From positions 35,154,001 through 35,218,000 of the forward strand of contig NC_043004.1 of assembly GCF_006345805.1 (NCBI RefSeq): a stretch of 64,000 nucleotides of DNA. The letters run 5' to 3'. The notes beneath the pieces were generated by a model. The model had not been told where the DNA came from and did no database searches. It saw only the letters and a list, made by a program, of their open reading frames with translations. Shown here in pieces: positions 11,796 through 23,987 of this stretch (position 1 is the stretch's first letter; the number at the start of each line of letters is the position of its first letter). Source of the stretch: Octopus sinensis. Its lineage: Eukaryota. A program made the translations under genes and the position numbers.

Positions 11796-13464
11796 TGCTT
11801 CACATTTATAAAGACATAGAAATTAGTGTGTGTCTGTGTTGTTTGACTCAACATGCAGTAAAGAGTTAAAACTTTTAGGTAGGTTAACTGGGGGCAATTG
11901 TGGACTCAGTTCAAATGTGGCTCCAACCAATTTGTCTGTTTTTCTCAACAAACCAGCAAAAGTTCTTTATCACCCCCACCTCCCTTCGAATCAATTATTT
12001 ATCTAAACTATATTATGTCACTGAATGAGACCCCTACAGTCTTTGTTGTTCCATTTATTTAAGAAGATGAAAAAATTTACTCTATAGAATATCAGCAGAG
12101 GAAACTTTCCGATTTTCCTGATAAAATAGTTTCCCATATTTTATTCATATAAAACTGAGTCTTCTACAAATATGACTTTTCTGCTCCATCGTTCAATGCA
12201 GAATGCTATTGTTTGCAAACCAAACATAATGAAACTCAGAAATCTTACCAGCAACATCACAGATTCAATAAAGTCACTGGATCAAATATGGCCCACAGTT
12301 CACAGTTTGTTGATCTCTGCTGTGGAATATTGATCTAAGAAATATGATGTATGGACAATAGGAAGATCATTTAATTCTCAGCTTTCCCTAGAAGTATGAC
12401 CACTACCAAAGCCAAATCAACTATAATACTGAATAAAAGACTTTCCTGACATAGTTGCTCAACAAACTAGAAATAGAAGTCAAATCACCCTCAGAACACT
12501 GCCTATTGTGTTCAGAAATGTAAAACATAATAGATAAAATGCTTCTAGTTACAATATGCCTGAAATACACCCCAATTTTATTTTTTATTATGAGTTTTCC
12601 CTATTAGGGTATTTTTGAGATTTCTCTTACCAAAAGTAGTGCATCTCTAGCCTGGAGCTTCTAGAGTTTGTGTAGATAAGAAAATTGAGAAGGTTGCTCA
12701 CTGTTGGAGCAATATATGAAGTGAAATTTCAAATATAAATAGATTTTATAGTATATTTGTTTAGCCTTGTGGACATCACTGCAGCTCTACATTCTAAGTT
12801 CAAATCCTGCCACGTTTGCTTTCGTATTTCTTCCCTCAAGGGTCAATGTAATAAAGAACTAGCCAAGTACTAGGGTCAAGAATCTCCTCAAAAACTGCTG
12901 ACCTTGTTGCAGAATCTGAAACTTCAATCATAAAAAAATCTGGTAGACTGTTCAAAATGCTTGGCGCTATTTCTTCCAGCTCTTTACAGCCTGAGGTGAA
13001 ATCTTGCTAAGGTTATCTTCGCCTTTCATATTTCTTGGGTGACAAAGTAAAGTACCAGTTATGTACTAGGATTCATATAATCAGCTATTTTCTGCCCCAA
13101 AATTTAAGGCCTTGGTAAGAAATTTTTATTACTTTTATGAAATACCTGGGATCTGGTTTGAGGCCAAAGAACCAGGTGAGTAGAAACTTGGATGAGGTTC
13201 CAAGTAGAGTGACTTGTCACTCCATAAACAGGCTTTGTAAATAGCATTATCTGCAGAATCAGAGATTTCCTGTAAATGGGATGGTGTGAAGTCACCTCTT
13301 CCTCATAGACGTGAAGGATAGCTGCATTTATTGTCATGTGTGATAATATTGTATGACAGGGAGAGTAGTATAACATGGGTATATATCACATGATCATATG
13401 ATTGACCAAGACTCTCAGATGTTATCCATCACTGGTGACAATGCACTTTGCATTGTTTTAGCTT

Positions 13465-13690
13465 TTAAATAACGCCACCCCATTGGCTAGGTGAGCAGGC
13501 CAATGTCCATTCCCCCGATTGGAAGGAGGTTATTTTATTGCAAGGCCACCCATTTACAGCCAAGTGGACTGGAGCAGTGTGAAATAGTGTTTAGCTCAAG
13601 AACACAATGCACCACCCAATCTGGGAATTGAAACCACAATCTCCCGATAGTGAATACAACACACCATGTGAAGGCCATGGACCTTCACAT
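13465..13690 (-). mobile_element. Old tRNA-derived CORE-like SINE
   Basis: GTGGACTGGAGCAGTGTGAAATAGTGTTTAGCTCAAGAACAC and GGGAATTGAAACC (reverse B-box). Confidence 0.65.
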
Positions 13691-14339
13691 AGGTTTATAT
13701 AAGAATGGTTAATCTAGCAATGGTTTAGAGATAGCAGTTTAGCAACATTACCTTTTAGTGTCTGTGATATAGCAATGTTTTATGAGAGAGAGAGAGATGG
13801 CTGTTTGGTGATGTATTATAATAGAGATAGAGGGCAATATAGCAATAGTTTATGGTGGAGACTGCAATATAAAAATGTGATTGATACAGTAATATGACAG
13901 AGACTGCAGTATAATAATGTTCTATGAGAGAGACCCTCCACTGTAGTAGTTTATCACAATTATTGTCTATTCCCTACTCAACACCAATCATAATGATACA
14001 TTATCTATTCTGTTACTGTTCGACCATCAATTGCAAATCCATCAATTCCACAGCCTTGGTTATGTCACTTCTGATACTAAACTGTTACCAACATCTATAT
14101 TTGACATCACTGACCATGTCATCAGTTTATATCCTATGAGAAAGGCTAAGGCAATGACGTGGTAGCAACAGCTATGGGGTTGCTTGACCTACCACAAACA
14201 ATAGCTATGTATCACTTTCAATCATATCTTACTGTCATGAAAATGAACAGCATATTAGATAATGCAGTTCAATATACACCTAAAAAGATGGGGGTGGTCA
14301 TAACTGGAATGCCATTGTTTAAAGGAATATTTGATTAGA

Positions 14340-14726
14340 TGTAAGGCTGCAAGCTGGCAGAAATGTTAGCATACCAGGCGAAATGCGTAGCGGTGTTTCG
14401 TTTGCCACTACGTTCTGAGTTCAAATTCCACCGAGGTTGACTTTACCTTTCATCCTTTCGGGGTCGATTAAATAAGTACTAGTTACGCAATGGGGTCGAT
14501 GTAATCGACTTAATCCATTTGTTCTCTCTGTGTTTAGCCCCTTGTGGGTAGTAAAGAAATAGGTATTTTGCCTGCTGCTACGTTCTGAATTCAAATTCCG
14601 CCAAGGTCAACTTTGCCTTTCGGGGTCGATTAAATAAGTACCAGTTATGCACTGGGGTCGATATAATTGACTTAATCCGTTTGTCCTCTCTGTGTTTGGC
14701 CCCTTGTGGGTAGTAAAGAAATAGGT
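14340..14726 (+). mobile_element. Head-to-tail SINE dimer (central domain resembling the MetaSINE domain) with 13-bp TSD
   Basis: TSD ATATTTGATTAGA at 14327-14339 and 14727-14739; two copies of CCTTTC..GGGGTCGATTAAATAAGTAC and of the 3' tail. Confidence 0.9.
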
Positions 14727-16334
14727 ATATTTGATTAGAGTTGATCTAGAGTTATAAATGACAACGTTGTATTAGCTGCTCCAAGACCAACACATCACAT
14801 GTGTGAATGAAGATGGATTCAGTATTTTTCTGACAGAACTCACCAGTGACAGCATCCTGTTCCAAAACTATTATTGCAAATGCTTTCTCCACTCCAGTCT
14901 TTACAGATTTCATTTGAATATTTGTTCAATATGAGTGAGATGTTAAAAATGACGGGATGGCCATGGTTGGTATGATTTTGATCTAATACTTAACTGATCA
15001 TAGATAAGTATGGCTACCCAACCATATCCCATGAGATAATTTCCAGTAATACCATTTATACCATCGCAGGAATAATGTGCCACACCCAACATGAATATTT
15101 CAAAACCAACCAATCCCAGTTAGGCTGCTGCAAGCACTACTATTGTCAATATGGCCAATTATATTCAGCTACTTGCAGCACTAACATATAACCGTATTAC
15201 ATATAGTATAGCAACCATTTACAGCTAAACATCCTATTATATAACATTAGACTTTTTTCCCAACAATAAACCCATTCTATCTTAGCCACTCCCATTGGTG
15301 CTGCTTTAAATAAAATTACTCTGCTGTAGTAGGTTGCTTAAAGCCACCTCTTCCTCGTTGTTGTACCAGAAGTGCTTCACCAGTTCTAAATTATATTTAA
15401 CCACCTCCCTTGTTCAGCTAATATTTCCTCTTAGCCACCATTTTGAATAATATTAGCTGATGACAACAAATGCAATTTAGCTTTCATGTCACCATGGGGG
15501 GGTGTCAAGATTAATAGGCATTTCTTTTTCCCAGGGTGTCAAATAAACAGCAGAGATACATGACAATGCACACATCATCAAGATAACCAGTGGAGATTTT
15601 GGCAGAAGTGTGTAATATTGAGCAATAAACCGTTACAAATTTATTTAGCTAATTCAATTTTCTTCAACGAGTGAGGTTTGAGGCTGTAATATAGTTTCTT
15701 GTCTCAAGAGACCCATGTAGTCATATCAGACAGCTATTAGCCACAGCGATTAATCCAACAATAATTCTATTTGTTGAATAAAAACTTAAAGTAAATTCTA
15801 CAGTATGGTGATACAAGGTTCCATGTTGTCTGAACATAAACTTCACATTCCTTTAATTGTTATTTCAGTGTACAGGCTAACTGTGCTGCTGCCATTCTTT
15901 GAAATGTAATTCCCTGAATGGAGTCAGCATGATGTATTCTTTCTTTGCTTCTTTGGCTAAAATTCAGCGCTTCTTATAATCTATGAAAGTGCTTGTTACT
16001 AGGACAATTTTGGAAATTACTTCAAGTACAATGCAGGATTCTTCAAACCAAATCTCTGAAGACTGTCTTCAGATTATTTTGCTTCCAGCGTTGTAAACCT
16101 TAAAGATATTAATATAATAAATAAAAAGGAAATGAAATAAAAAATCAATGGAACCACAACTGGACATTCTTCAAACTTATTTGTCAAATGATTTTGAAAA
16201 ACATTCAAAATTATAAATTCTAATTGACACTTCTTTAAAACAACTTTTTGGTTATTTAGGTTTTTAGATTATTAGATTGTTTTTTTTCTTTCTGGGATTA
16301 CACAGTTATGTGTAATGTAATAGTATTCCTGTAT

Positions 16335-16730
16335 AATAAGCAGAGGTTTGACTGCGGTTATGAGGTTTCTGGTTCAGTCCTACTTGGGGCATGTCATATA
16401 CTTTAGCTTTGGATAAACCAAAACCTTGTGAGTGGATGTGGTACAGGGAAACTGAAAGAAATCCCTCAAACATATCTCTGTGTGTGTTTGCGTCTCCTTG
16501 TCTTCACATTATGTGATTATTGTAAATGAGTTCCACTGTTGTCCAAGCAGTGTTATTCATTTCCAATATTCTCTGAAAATATGTCTGGCCATGGGGAAAT
16601 ACTACTTACTTGGAAACAGGTGAGGGTTGGCAACAGGAAAAGCATCCAGCTGTAGAAAAAAAATGTGTCAAACTTCACCTAACCCATGCAAGCATAGAAA
16701 AGTGGATGTTGAAAATGATGATGCACTTGA
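16335..16730 (+). mobile_element. CORE-like SINE with RTE-derived 3' tail (old copy)
   Basis: Head matches the 47031 family; tail CCATGCAAGCATAGAAAAGTGGATGTTGAAAATGATGATG matches the RTE tail; sister copy at 29106. Confidence 0.75.
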
Positions 16731-17163
16731 CGATAATGATGATTATGTATAGTAGTGATGTAAATAACAAGACACCAAACTAATGGCTTTAATTATTTTT
16801 TTAATTTCCATTGTGTTCATGTTGCGGATGACTTTGTTTTCCATCTGACTGGAGTTGATAGAATAAGCATCAAGTGTTAATGTCTGGCTTCAAGACAGCC
16901 AAGACTGAGTAAATCTAAGAAGAGAGCCAATCCACTAGTGGCTAACCATCCTTTTTATCTATCACTGTATTATCTAATACACTAATATTTAAGTTTTGCG
17001 GAGGCAATAATTGCTATTTCTAGCTGGTCAAGTGACTACACACAGGCTTCTTGCATTGCATAAGTATCAGGTTGATTTTCATTCTAGTTTTTTAAAAAAA
17101 AATATGGCTAGAGGTGCAGAAAAAAAGAAGTCTATCATTATTATTATTATTATTATTATTATT

Positions 17164-17373
17164 AAGGTGGTGAGCTGGCAGAATGGTTAGCACACTGGGC
17201 AAAATGCTTAGTAGTATTCCATCTGTTGCTATGTTCTGAGTTCAAATTCCACTAAGGTTGATTTTGCCTTTCATTCTTTCGGGGTCAATAAATTAAGTAC
17301 CAGTAATCATCACATCTCCTCCCCCAAAATGGCTGCCCTTGTGGCAAAATTTGAAACCATTATTATTATTATT
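17164..17373 (+). mobile_element. SINE (short-tail form) with (TTA)n tail
   Basis: GGTGAGCTGGCAGAATGGTTAG head, GAGTTCAAATTCC B-box, central domain. Confidence 0.85.
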
Positions 17374-17504
17374 AGCAATAAATAAGAGTGTGAGTGTTAT
17401 CAAATGAACGATATTTCGACATCTCGTGTGTCTTCCATGGGTTCAAAACTAAACTTGTCAATCTTGTTATTCATTTGATAACAGTCACACTCTTCTTTAT
17501 TGCT
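17374..17504 (-). mobile_element. 131-bp unit with ~35-bp terminal inverted repeats enclosing a degenerate hammerhead
   Basis: GCAATAAATAAGAGTGTGAGTGTTATCAAATGAA vs TTCATTTGATAACAGTCACACTCTTCTTTATTGC (2 mismatches); minus strand TTTTGAAC-CCATGGA-A-GACA..TGTC-GAAATATC-GTTCA. Confidence 0.75.
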
Positions 17505-17525
17505 TCTTTACTTTCTGGAGGAGTA

Positions 17526-18495
17526 ACCGCAAGCTGGCAGAATGGTTAGCATGCCAGGTAAAGTGTTTAGTAGTATTTCCTCTGTTGCTATATTCTGAGT
17601 TCAAATTCTGCTGACGTTACCTTCCGTTTTGCGACCGTTGCCAGTGCCGCCCCGACTGGCCTTGTGCCAGTGGCACGTAAAAAGCACCATCCGTTCATGT
17701 CCGTTGCCAGCCTCGCCTGGCCCTCGTGCCGGTGGCACATAAAAAGCACCATCCGTTCGTGGCTGTTTGCCAGCTCTGTCTGGCACTTGTGCGAGTGGCA
17801 CGTAAAAAGCACCCACTACACTCACGGAGTGGTTGGCGTTAGGAAGGGCATCCAGCCGTAGAAACACTGCCAGATTTGACTGGGCCTGATGAAGCCTTCT
17901 GGCTTCACAGACCCTAGTAGAACCGTCCAACCCATGCTAGCATGGAGAACGGACGCTAAACGATGATGATGATGATGATGATGTTACCAGCGTCACCTTA
18001 CTGGCACTCGAGCCCTGTGCTAGTAGGGTATTAAGAGCACCATCCGAGTGTGATCGTTGCCAGAGTGGCTATCTGGCCTCTGTGCTGGTGGCACGTAAAA
18101 GACACCATTCAAGCGTGATCGTTACCAGCATCGCCTTACTGGCACCTGTGCCAGTGGCATGTGTAAAAGATTCGAGCGAGGTCGTTGCCAGTACTGCCTG
18201 ACTGGCACATAAAAGCACCCACTACTTTCTCGGAGTGGTTGGCATTAGGAAGGGCATCCAGCTGTAGAAACTCTGCCAGATCAAGATTGAAGTCTGGTGC
18301 AGCCATCTGGTTCACCAGCCCTCAGTCAAATCGTCCAACCCATACTAGCATGGAAAGCGGATGTTAAACGATGATGACTTTGCCTTTTATCCTTTCTGGG
18401 TCAATTAATTAAGTACCAGTAATTAAGTACTAGCTCCCTCCCACCAAATTTCAGGTCTTGTACCTATAGTAGAAAGGATTATTATTATTATTATT
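17526..18495 (+). mobile_element. SINE split by two tandem RTE 3'UTR fragments (17621-17984 and 17985-18376)
   Basis: SINE head 17526-17620 resumes as TTTGCCTTTTATCC at 18377; both inserts end in (GAT)n. Confidence 0.85.
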
Positions 18496-18499
18496 CTTT

Positions 18500-18570
18500 T
18501 AGCACAAGTTTTGTTGGAACTTCTGAAGTCATGTATGCATAGTGGGCTTGCTGCCTGCAGCCTCTGGGTG
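18500..18570 (+). mobile_element. 3' end fragment of the Tx1-like LINE family
   Basis: GTTTTTGTTGGAACTTCTGAAGTCATGTATGCATAGTGGGCTTGCTGCCTGCAGCCT matches 43870-43925. Confidence 0.7.
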
Positions 18571-19448
18571 CTAAACCTAAACTTTCACCCAGTTTAAAAT
18601 CAATATCTTGTTTTTGGGTCTCTTTACTAGACTCCTGTCTGTTTCAAGCCTCCAGTCTGAGGGAAATTTTGTACCCTTTTCCTCCCATAGGATATCTCAT
18701 GGATATCAACTTTCCTTTTTTAGCCGAATCATTAAAAACAAAGAAATTTTTTAAAAATGCAAAATAATAAAGATTGAGTAATTAGTAATTATTCAATTGA
18801 ATAATTAGATATGCTGTTCTGTGGATTCCAATTCTTTTGGACATAAATCTCTTGAGATTTTCTTAGTTGTTTTGGTTGAAAAGTAGTAACTTAATTTTAC
18901 GGAAAACAACCAGTTGAAATCACATCTTCCAAGAATATATATAAATTTTATGATTCAAAAATAAATTTAATCTATAACTAACCTTGCAGCTAGTGCAATT
19001 TCTGGGAATAGATTTCATTTTGGTATTAACTCAAAAATAATGCAGTAAAGTATGTATGTATGTATATAATATGGTACGGTCTGTGTAATGTGTATTTTGA
19101 CTGTTGCAAAATATATACTCATAACCAAATTATCTTCAACATAAATTGCATCTACAGAACCAAACTATGCAGTATCATTTTTTTGTCTCTGGAAACCATC
19201 ACTTGTCAAAACTACTTTATTTCACTTAAATTCAAGAGTTGTTTCCCTTGACTTTCTTCACCAGATTTAATCATGAATGCAATGTTGGCTTTTTATTTAC
19301 ATCACTGAGGCTGTAACTGTACAGCCTAGAACAATTTATAACTTATTTCTTATAAGTAAATTTTTTTGAGAACTGACCAAGTAGATTTAAGTGTATTATG
19401 TTATACTAGTGTGGTCTAACAGACTGAAACATGTCTAAAGAAATTCAA

Positions 19449-19671
19449 CACTTTCATTACCATATTCCTGTTGGAATATACTGCTCTTGTTTCAATTAAG
19501 TTTTAAGACAATGAAGACTTTTGTAAAATAACTTTGTCATAAATTAGTCTATTTAGGATATCGATTAATAAAGCATTTTCACCGAAGGTTTTCATTTATA
19601 TCACTTTGTAACAGTAAGGTTGTATCATAGAACCACTAGCAATCTTCTAAGATGGGTTGATACCATAAGAG
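19449..19671 (-). mobile_element. piggyBac-type MITE (older copy)
   Basis: Degenerate CCCTTTCGTTAC-type TIR, TTAA at the right end, interior similar to the reverse complement of 51006-51220. Confidence 0.55.
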
Positions 19672-20501
19672 TTAAATCAAGTACCCCTATTAATTTTATG
19701 CAGATGGCAAGAAACCAATCATCTCTGAATATGTATGAGTGTATCTAACTGGAAAAAATTTAATTATTCTTTTCACAAATTATGCGTATTCATAAAGCTA
19801 CGAGAATGTTTCTTGACTTTAGTTTCAGTGATTATATTTCTCTGGACAGGGTGTAAATCATGCAATTCTCCCAGTAAAACTCTGATACTTATTCTGTAGC
19901 AGCCAAATGAAATAAGATGATGTATATCAACTTAGAAACATAAGACACTTGAAGCAGATTTGAATTCACAACATATGAGCAAGCAGTCAGATACCTTATC
20001 CATTCAGCTATTTTAGTAACCGTTATTTTTCACACACCAGACAAAGACTTTTCTGCTTTAATATATTATCTCTTGTCCATTGATATTTTTGTTTTTTGCC
20101 CAGAAGACATATACTTATCTATGCACTTTAGAAATTACTCAGTCACATGGTAAGGCCACAATTATTTATAATTTGGCAAATTCATGTTCTTTTCAATGCA
20201 TACATATGAGGAAAACAACACTGCAAACATGATATGGTTTGCTATAAAACAGTTCTTTTTTAAAAAGCAATATAGTATTAAAAGACAATCAATATTGTGT
20301 CAATAATAGGTCCCAGTAGCTATGGGTTTATCTGCTCTGTCAAGGAGAAAGATTACAATGAAAACAGGGGGGGAAATATTATATAAATAAAACAGGATTC
20401 TATTTATGAGATATCCATCATTCTACACCAGTAAACAATGTTGCAACCATATTACTTTATTTTATTTATCTTTCCCTTTTTTGTCTTATTTAATGATTTA
20501 G

Positions 20502-20540
20502 GCTGTGAAATGGACCCTTGGCGAAGTATGAATAAAAGCT
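20502..20540 (+). CDS. Candidate 39-nt internal exon (phase 1-1; xCEMDPWRSMNKS) of an unidentified host gene
   Basis: Long polypyrimidine tract plus TTAG acceptor, GTAAGT donor, only one open frame, length divisible by 3; no homology recognised. Confidence 0.3.
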
Positions 20541-21069
20541 GTAAGTTAAGGTTAGGTTCAGTAATCAACCGCATAAACTGCTGGAAAATAGAATAAAACT
20601 AGTGAGAACGGGTGATGAAGGCTATAGACTTTATTGTTAGCACTAACTTTGGGAAATAGAGAAATACACAGCAGAATAATGTGTTGCTTTCTGCAGGAGC
20701 CCAATGACATTGCCAATATAGGCAAAGTTACTTAGCTTTGTAGAAGGAGGGGAATGAGATTCTGTTGTGTTTATGTAATTCAGCAGAGAAAAAAAAATAT
20801 CAAGTAAACTGAGTTAGCAAAAACTGAGCAACTCATCCTTCAGAACTCCAAGAATTGAGTGTTCTGTTAGATAGAGAGGGCAGTTTTAGTGAAAGGACCT
20901 GAACAACAGTCTCTTTGTAGGAGAGTTCAGTAAAATATCAACTTGGTCTTCTGTGAATCTGTGACCAACATTTTATATACGTGTGTCATGATTGAATAAA
21001 GGATAACGAAACAGGAACTACATAATCAACTTGTTGTAAGATGGAGTGCACACAGAGCTGAGTGTCTGT

Positions 21070-21204
21070 GCATCCCTTATAGCTTCCTAAGAGCTTCAAA
21101 AAGGAAGTGCAAGTTCTTTTAGGAAAGCATTTACACACATGGATGTAAATGATTTTGAAGTTCCACTTCATTTTAGAAGCTCTGAGGAAGCTATAAGGTG
21201 ATGC
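21070..21204. repeat. 135-nt imperfect palindrome / long hairpin
   Basis: Core arms 21075-21109 and 21164-21198 (3 mismatches in 35 bp); inner CATTTACA/TGTAAATG stem. Confidence 0.85.
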
Positions 21205-21347
21205 TCAAGCTCTTAATGTATTGTATTTTACAGCAGAAACAGCTGTAAGCTCGTGAAAGGGATTATGTAATTTCTGTTTCCTTATCATTCCATTAATTTC
21301 ATACTATGCTCTGTATTTGCTTAATGTTTTCTTCTGAAGCATATCTA

Positions 21348-22606
21348 TTGGGTCATCCCATAAATATTGCGGTTTTTTATACTTCTTTTATTTTTCAAAG
21401 ATAAACAAAGTGTTCTTTTAATGTAAAACATACTCTCCTTCATTTTCTACAATACTCTTCCATCTATCTGGTTGACTTGCAAGGCCCATTGTCTGAAATT
21501 TACTTGTCTTTGATGAAAAATACTCCTCCAGTACTGTTCTGACCTCATCTACAGAGTTCATATTTTTTCTATCCAAATGATTTTGAAGACTGCAGAATAA
21601 ATGGTAACCAGGTGAGGCAATGTCTGGCAAATATGGTAAGTGGGGCATCGTTTCCCATTCAAACTGCTCCAGCCTTTGGAACATCATCCTCACTGTATGT
21701 GGCCAAGCATTATCCTGATGGAAGAACATCTTTCGCCCTGAACCCAAAGATGGTCATTTTTCTTCTAGCACTGACTCAAGCCATCCAAGATGCTTACAGC
21801 AGATCTCCTCTGTTATCATTTAGTTTGAGTTCAAAAGTTCAAAGTAGACTAAACCTTTTATATCCCACCAAACAGATAACAACACCTTACGTGGGTGAAG
21901 ACCTTCTTTAGCCTGGGGAGTAGGTGTTTCTCTTTTCTCTACCCACTGTCTTCGGCACTTCACATTTTCATAGAGAACCCATTTCTTGTCTCCAGTCACT
22001 ATTCGGTCCAAAAAGGTTCATTCATGAGATATGACAGCAAAGAAGGTCACACATTCACGCTCTGTGTGCAATTACACTCGGAAAGTTTGTGAGGAACCCA
22101 TCAATCCAATTTGCTGACTTTTCTGATAGCATGCAGGTATCGTTGAATAGTTGGATGACCAAATCCAAGCTTCTCTGCTGGTTCCTCAACAGTTGCAATG
22201 GGATTTTGTCCCACCAGGGTTTGTAGGACATCCTCATTAAGCTCTACAAATCTTCCAGGATGGGGCTCATCTTTTAGGCTGTAGTTTCCGGTACAGAATT
22301 TATGGAACTGCCATTGACACTGGCTTACACTTATTGTCTGATCACCATATATTGTATTCATATTTCCCGCACTTTCTATTGCCTTTATTGAACTTATAAA
22401 GGAAAATATGCCAAATATGCTCCTTTGTCACTTCCATTATAGCCTTGATAAATAACTGTTAAAATCAAACTGTAATCTTCAAAACTTGCACTAAGAATAA
22501 GGACAAGGTAAAATTACTTCCTGCTTTTATAGCAAGTTGATGTAGGTTGTTCATCCCGTCTCCCTCATGCATTTGAAAAAACTGCATTATTTATGGGATG
22601 ACCCAA
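21348..22606 (-). mobile_element. Full-length mariner transposon (1259 bp)
   Basis: TIR TTGGGTCATCCCATAAAT.. at both ends, with TA on each side (21346-47, 22607-08). Confidence 0.95.
21418..22437 (-). pseudogene. Mariner DD34D-type transposase, disrupted by frameshifts and stops
   Basis: MEVTKEHI start; DRIVTGDKKW, LHPRKVLLSVWWD, FHQDNAWPH and PYLPDIASPGYHLF motifs split across three ORFs. Confidence 0.93.
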
Positions 22607-23284
22607 TATATTGAGTTCTAACACCGGGTTATTAGTATCACTATGCCTAAGAAAGAAATCTTAAAATAAATGAATCGGGGAAGAAGTCTCTATAACTTGG
22701 TCTGACAGAAATAGCAGTCAAGTCTTCTTCAAACATCACTCTAGCATCTTAAAATTGGATGAGTATAACAACAATAGTTTTAAGGAAATTTTATCTGCTA
22801 AAAGATGTGAGTAAACATTGCATCATTTATGACACTCTCATCTTTTTCTTGCCTATTTTCTACAGGCTCTACACCAACCCGCCCCTTACCCACATTTCCC
22901 CATTTACATTACCTTTCACCATACCTTTCTTGGTTCTTTCTCTTTCCTTCTCTCCACATTCATTTCAATCCTTCAACACATGACCCAACCATTTCATCCC
23001 ATTTCTCTTCATAACAATCACCTCTTCTGCCATTCCCATTATTCTCCGCCTTTTATTGTTATCGCACTGTCTCTCAACAATACTGTGATTATCCATCAAA
23101 CAATTCTAATTTCCATTCTTTCCAGCTCCACATTCATTACCCAAAGCCTCACTCCTATACAACATGACACTTGTCCCTCATGCAGTAGATGCTTTCCCCT
23201 TCAGCTTCAGCAACACTCCCCTCCTCATCACCACACTACTTGGTTCCTTGAACTGCTTTCATGTATGTCTTAGTCTAAACTGGC

Positions 23285-23580
23285 AGAGGCTGGCGGTTAT
23301 GACAATGAGTGCTCCAGTGATCCATTCAATGGAACAGCCTGCTTCCAAAATTCATGTCCAAATGGTTGAGTACTCCACAGACACATGTAACCATGATGTA
23401 GTTCTCAGAGAGATTCAGCATTACAGAGAATGTGACAAGGCTGGCCCCTAGTGAATTACTGGTACACCTCGTTTTTACCAGCTGAGTGGACTGGAGCAAT
23501 ATGAAGTAAAGTGTGTTGCTCTGCTGGGAATCAAACTCGTGACCTTACGCTCATAAGCTGAAGACTCAAACCGTTGAGAC
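23285..23580 (-). mobile_element. tRNA-derived SINE (family of 46330-46610)
   Basis: Shares GCCAGCCTTGTCACATTCT...GCTGAATCTCTCTGAGAACTAC...TGTCTGTGGAGTACTCA with the 46330 copy. Confidence 0.8.
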
Positions 23581-23674
23581 ACACACACACCTTCACCTCA
23601 GTCTAACACATCAAATCCTTCCTCTATTCAACATGTCTCCAATGTAATAAAATCTTTTCATGTTTTCTAACATA

Positions 23675-23987
23675 CCAGTGGCACGTAAAAAGCACCATTT
23701 AAACGTGGCCATTGCCAGTGCCCCCTGACTGGCTCCCATACTAGTGGCACGTAAAAAGCACCATTCTCTAGTGTGATCAATGCCAGTACCACCTGACTGG
23801 CCCTCATGTCAGTGGCATGTAAAAAGCACCCACTACACTATGAGTGGTTGGTGTTAAGAAGGGCATCCGGCTGTAGAAACTTTGCCAGATCAGATTGGAA
23901 CCTGGTGCAGCCACTGGCTTTCCAGACCTCAGTCAAACCGTCCAATCCATGCCAGCATGGAAAACAGACATTAAACGATGATGATGA
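23675..23987 (+). mobile_element. RTE LINE 3'UTR fragment
   Basis: Three GTGGCACGTAAAAAGCACC-type units and a (GAT)n tail. Confidence 0.9.

Noticed and set aside
17640-18215. CRISPR-like repeat-spacer pattern GTGCCAGTGGCACGTAAAAAGCACC
   Set aside because: It lies within RTE 3'UTRs, the spacers are homologous to each other and across copies, the context is eukaryotic and there are no cas genes. Kept as a retrotransposon finding instead.
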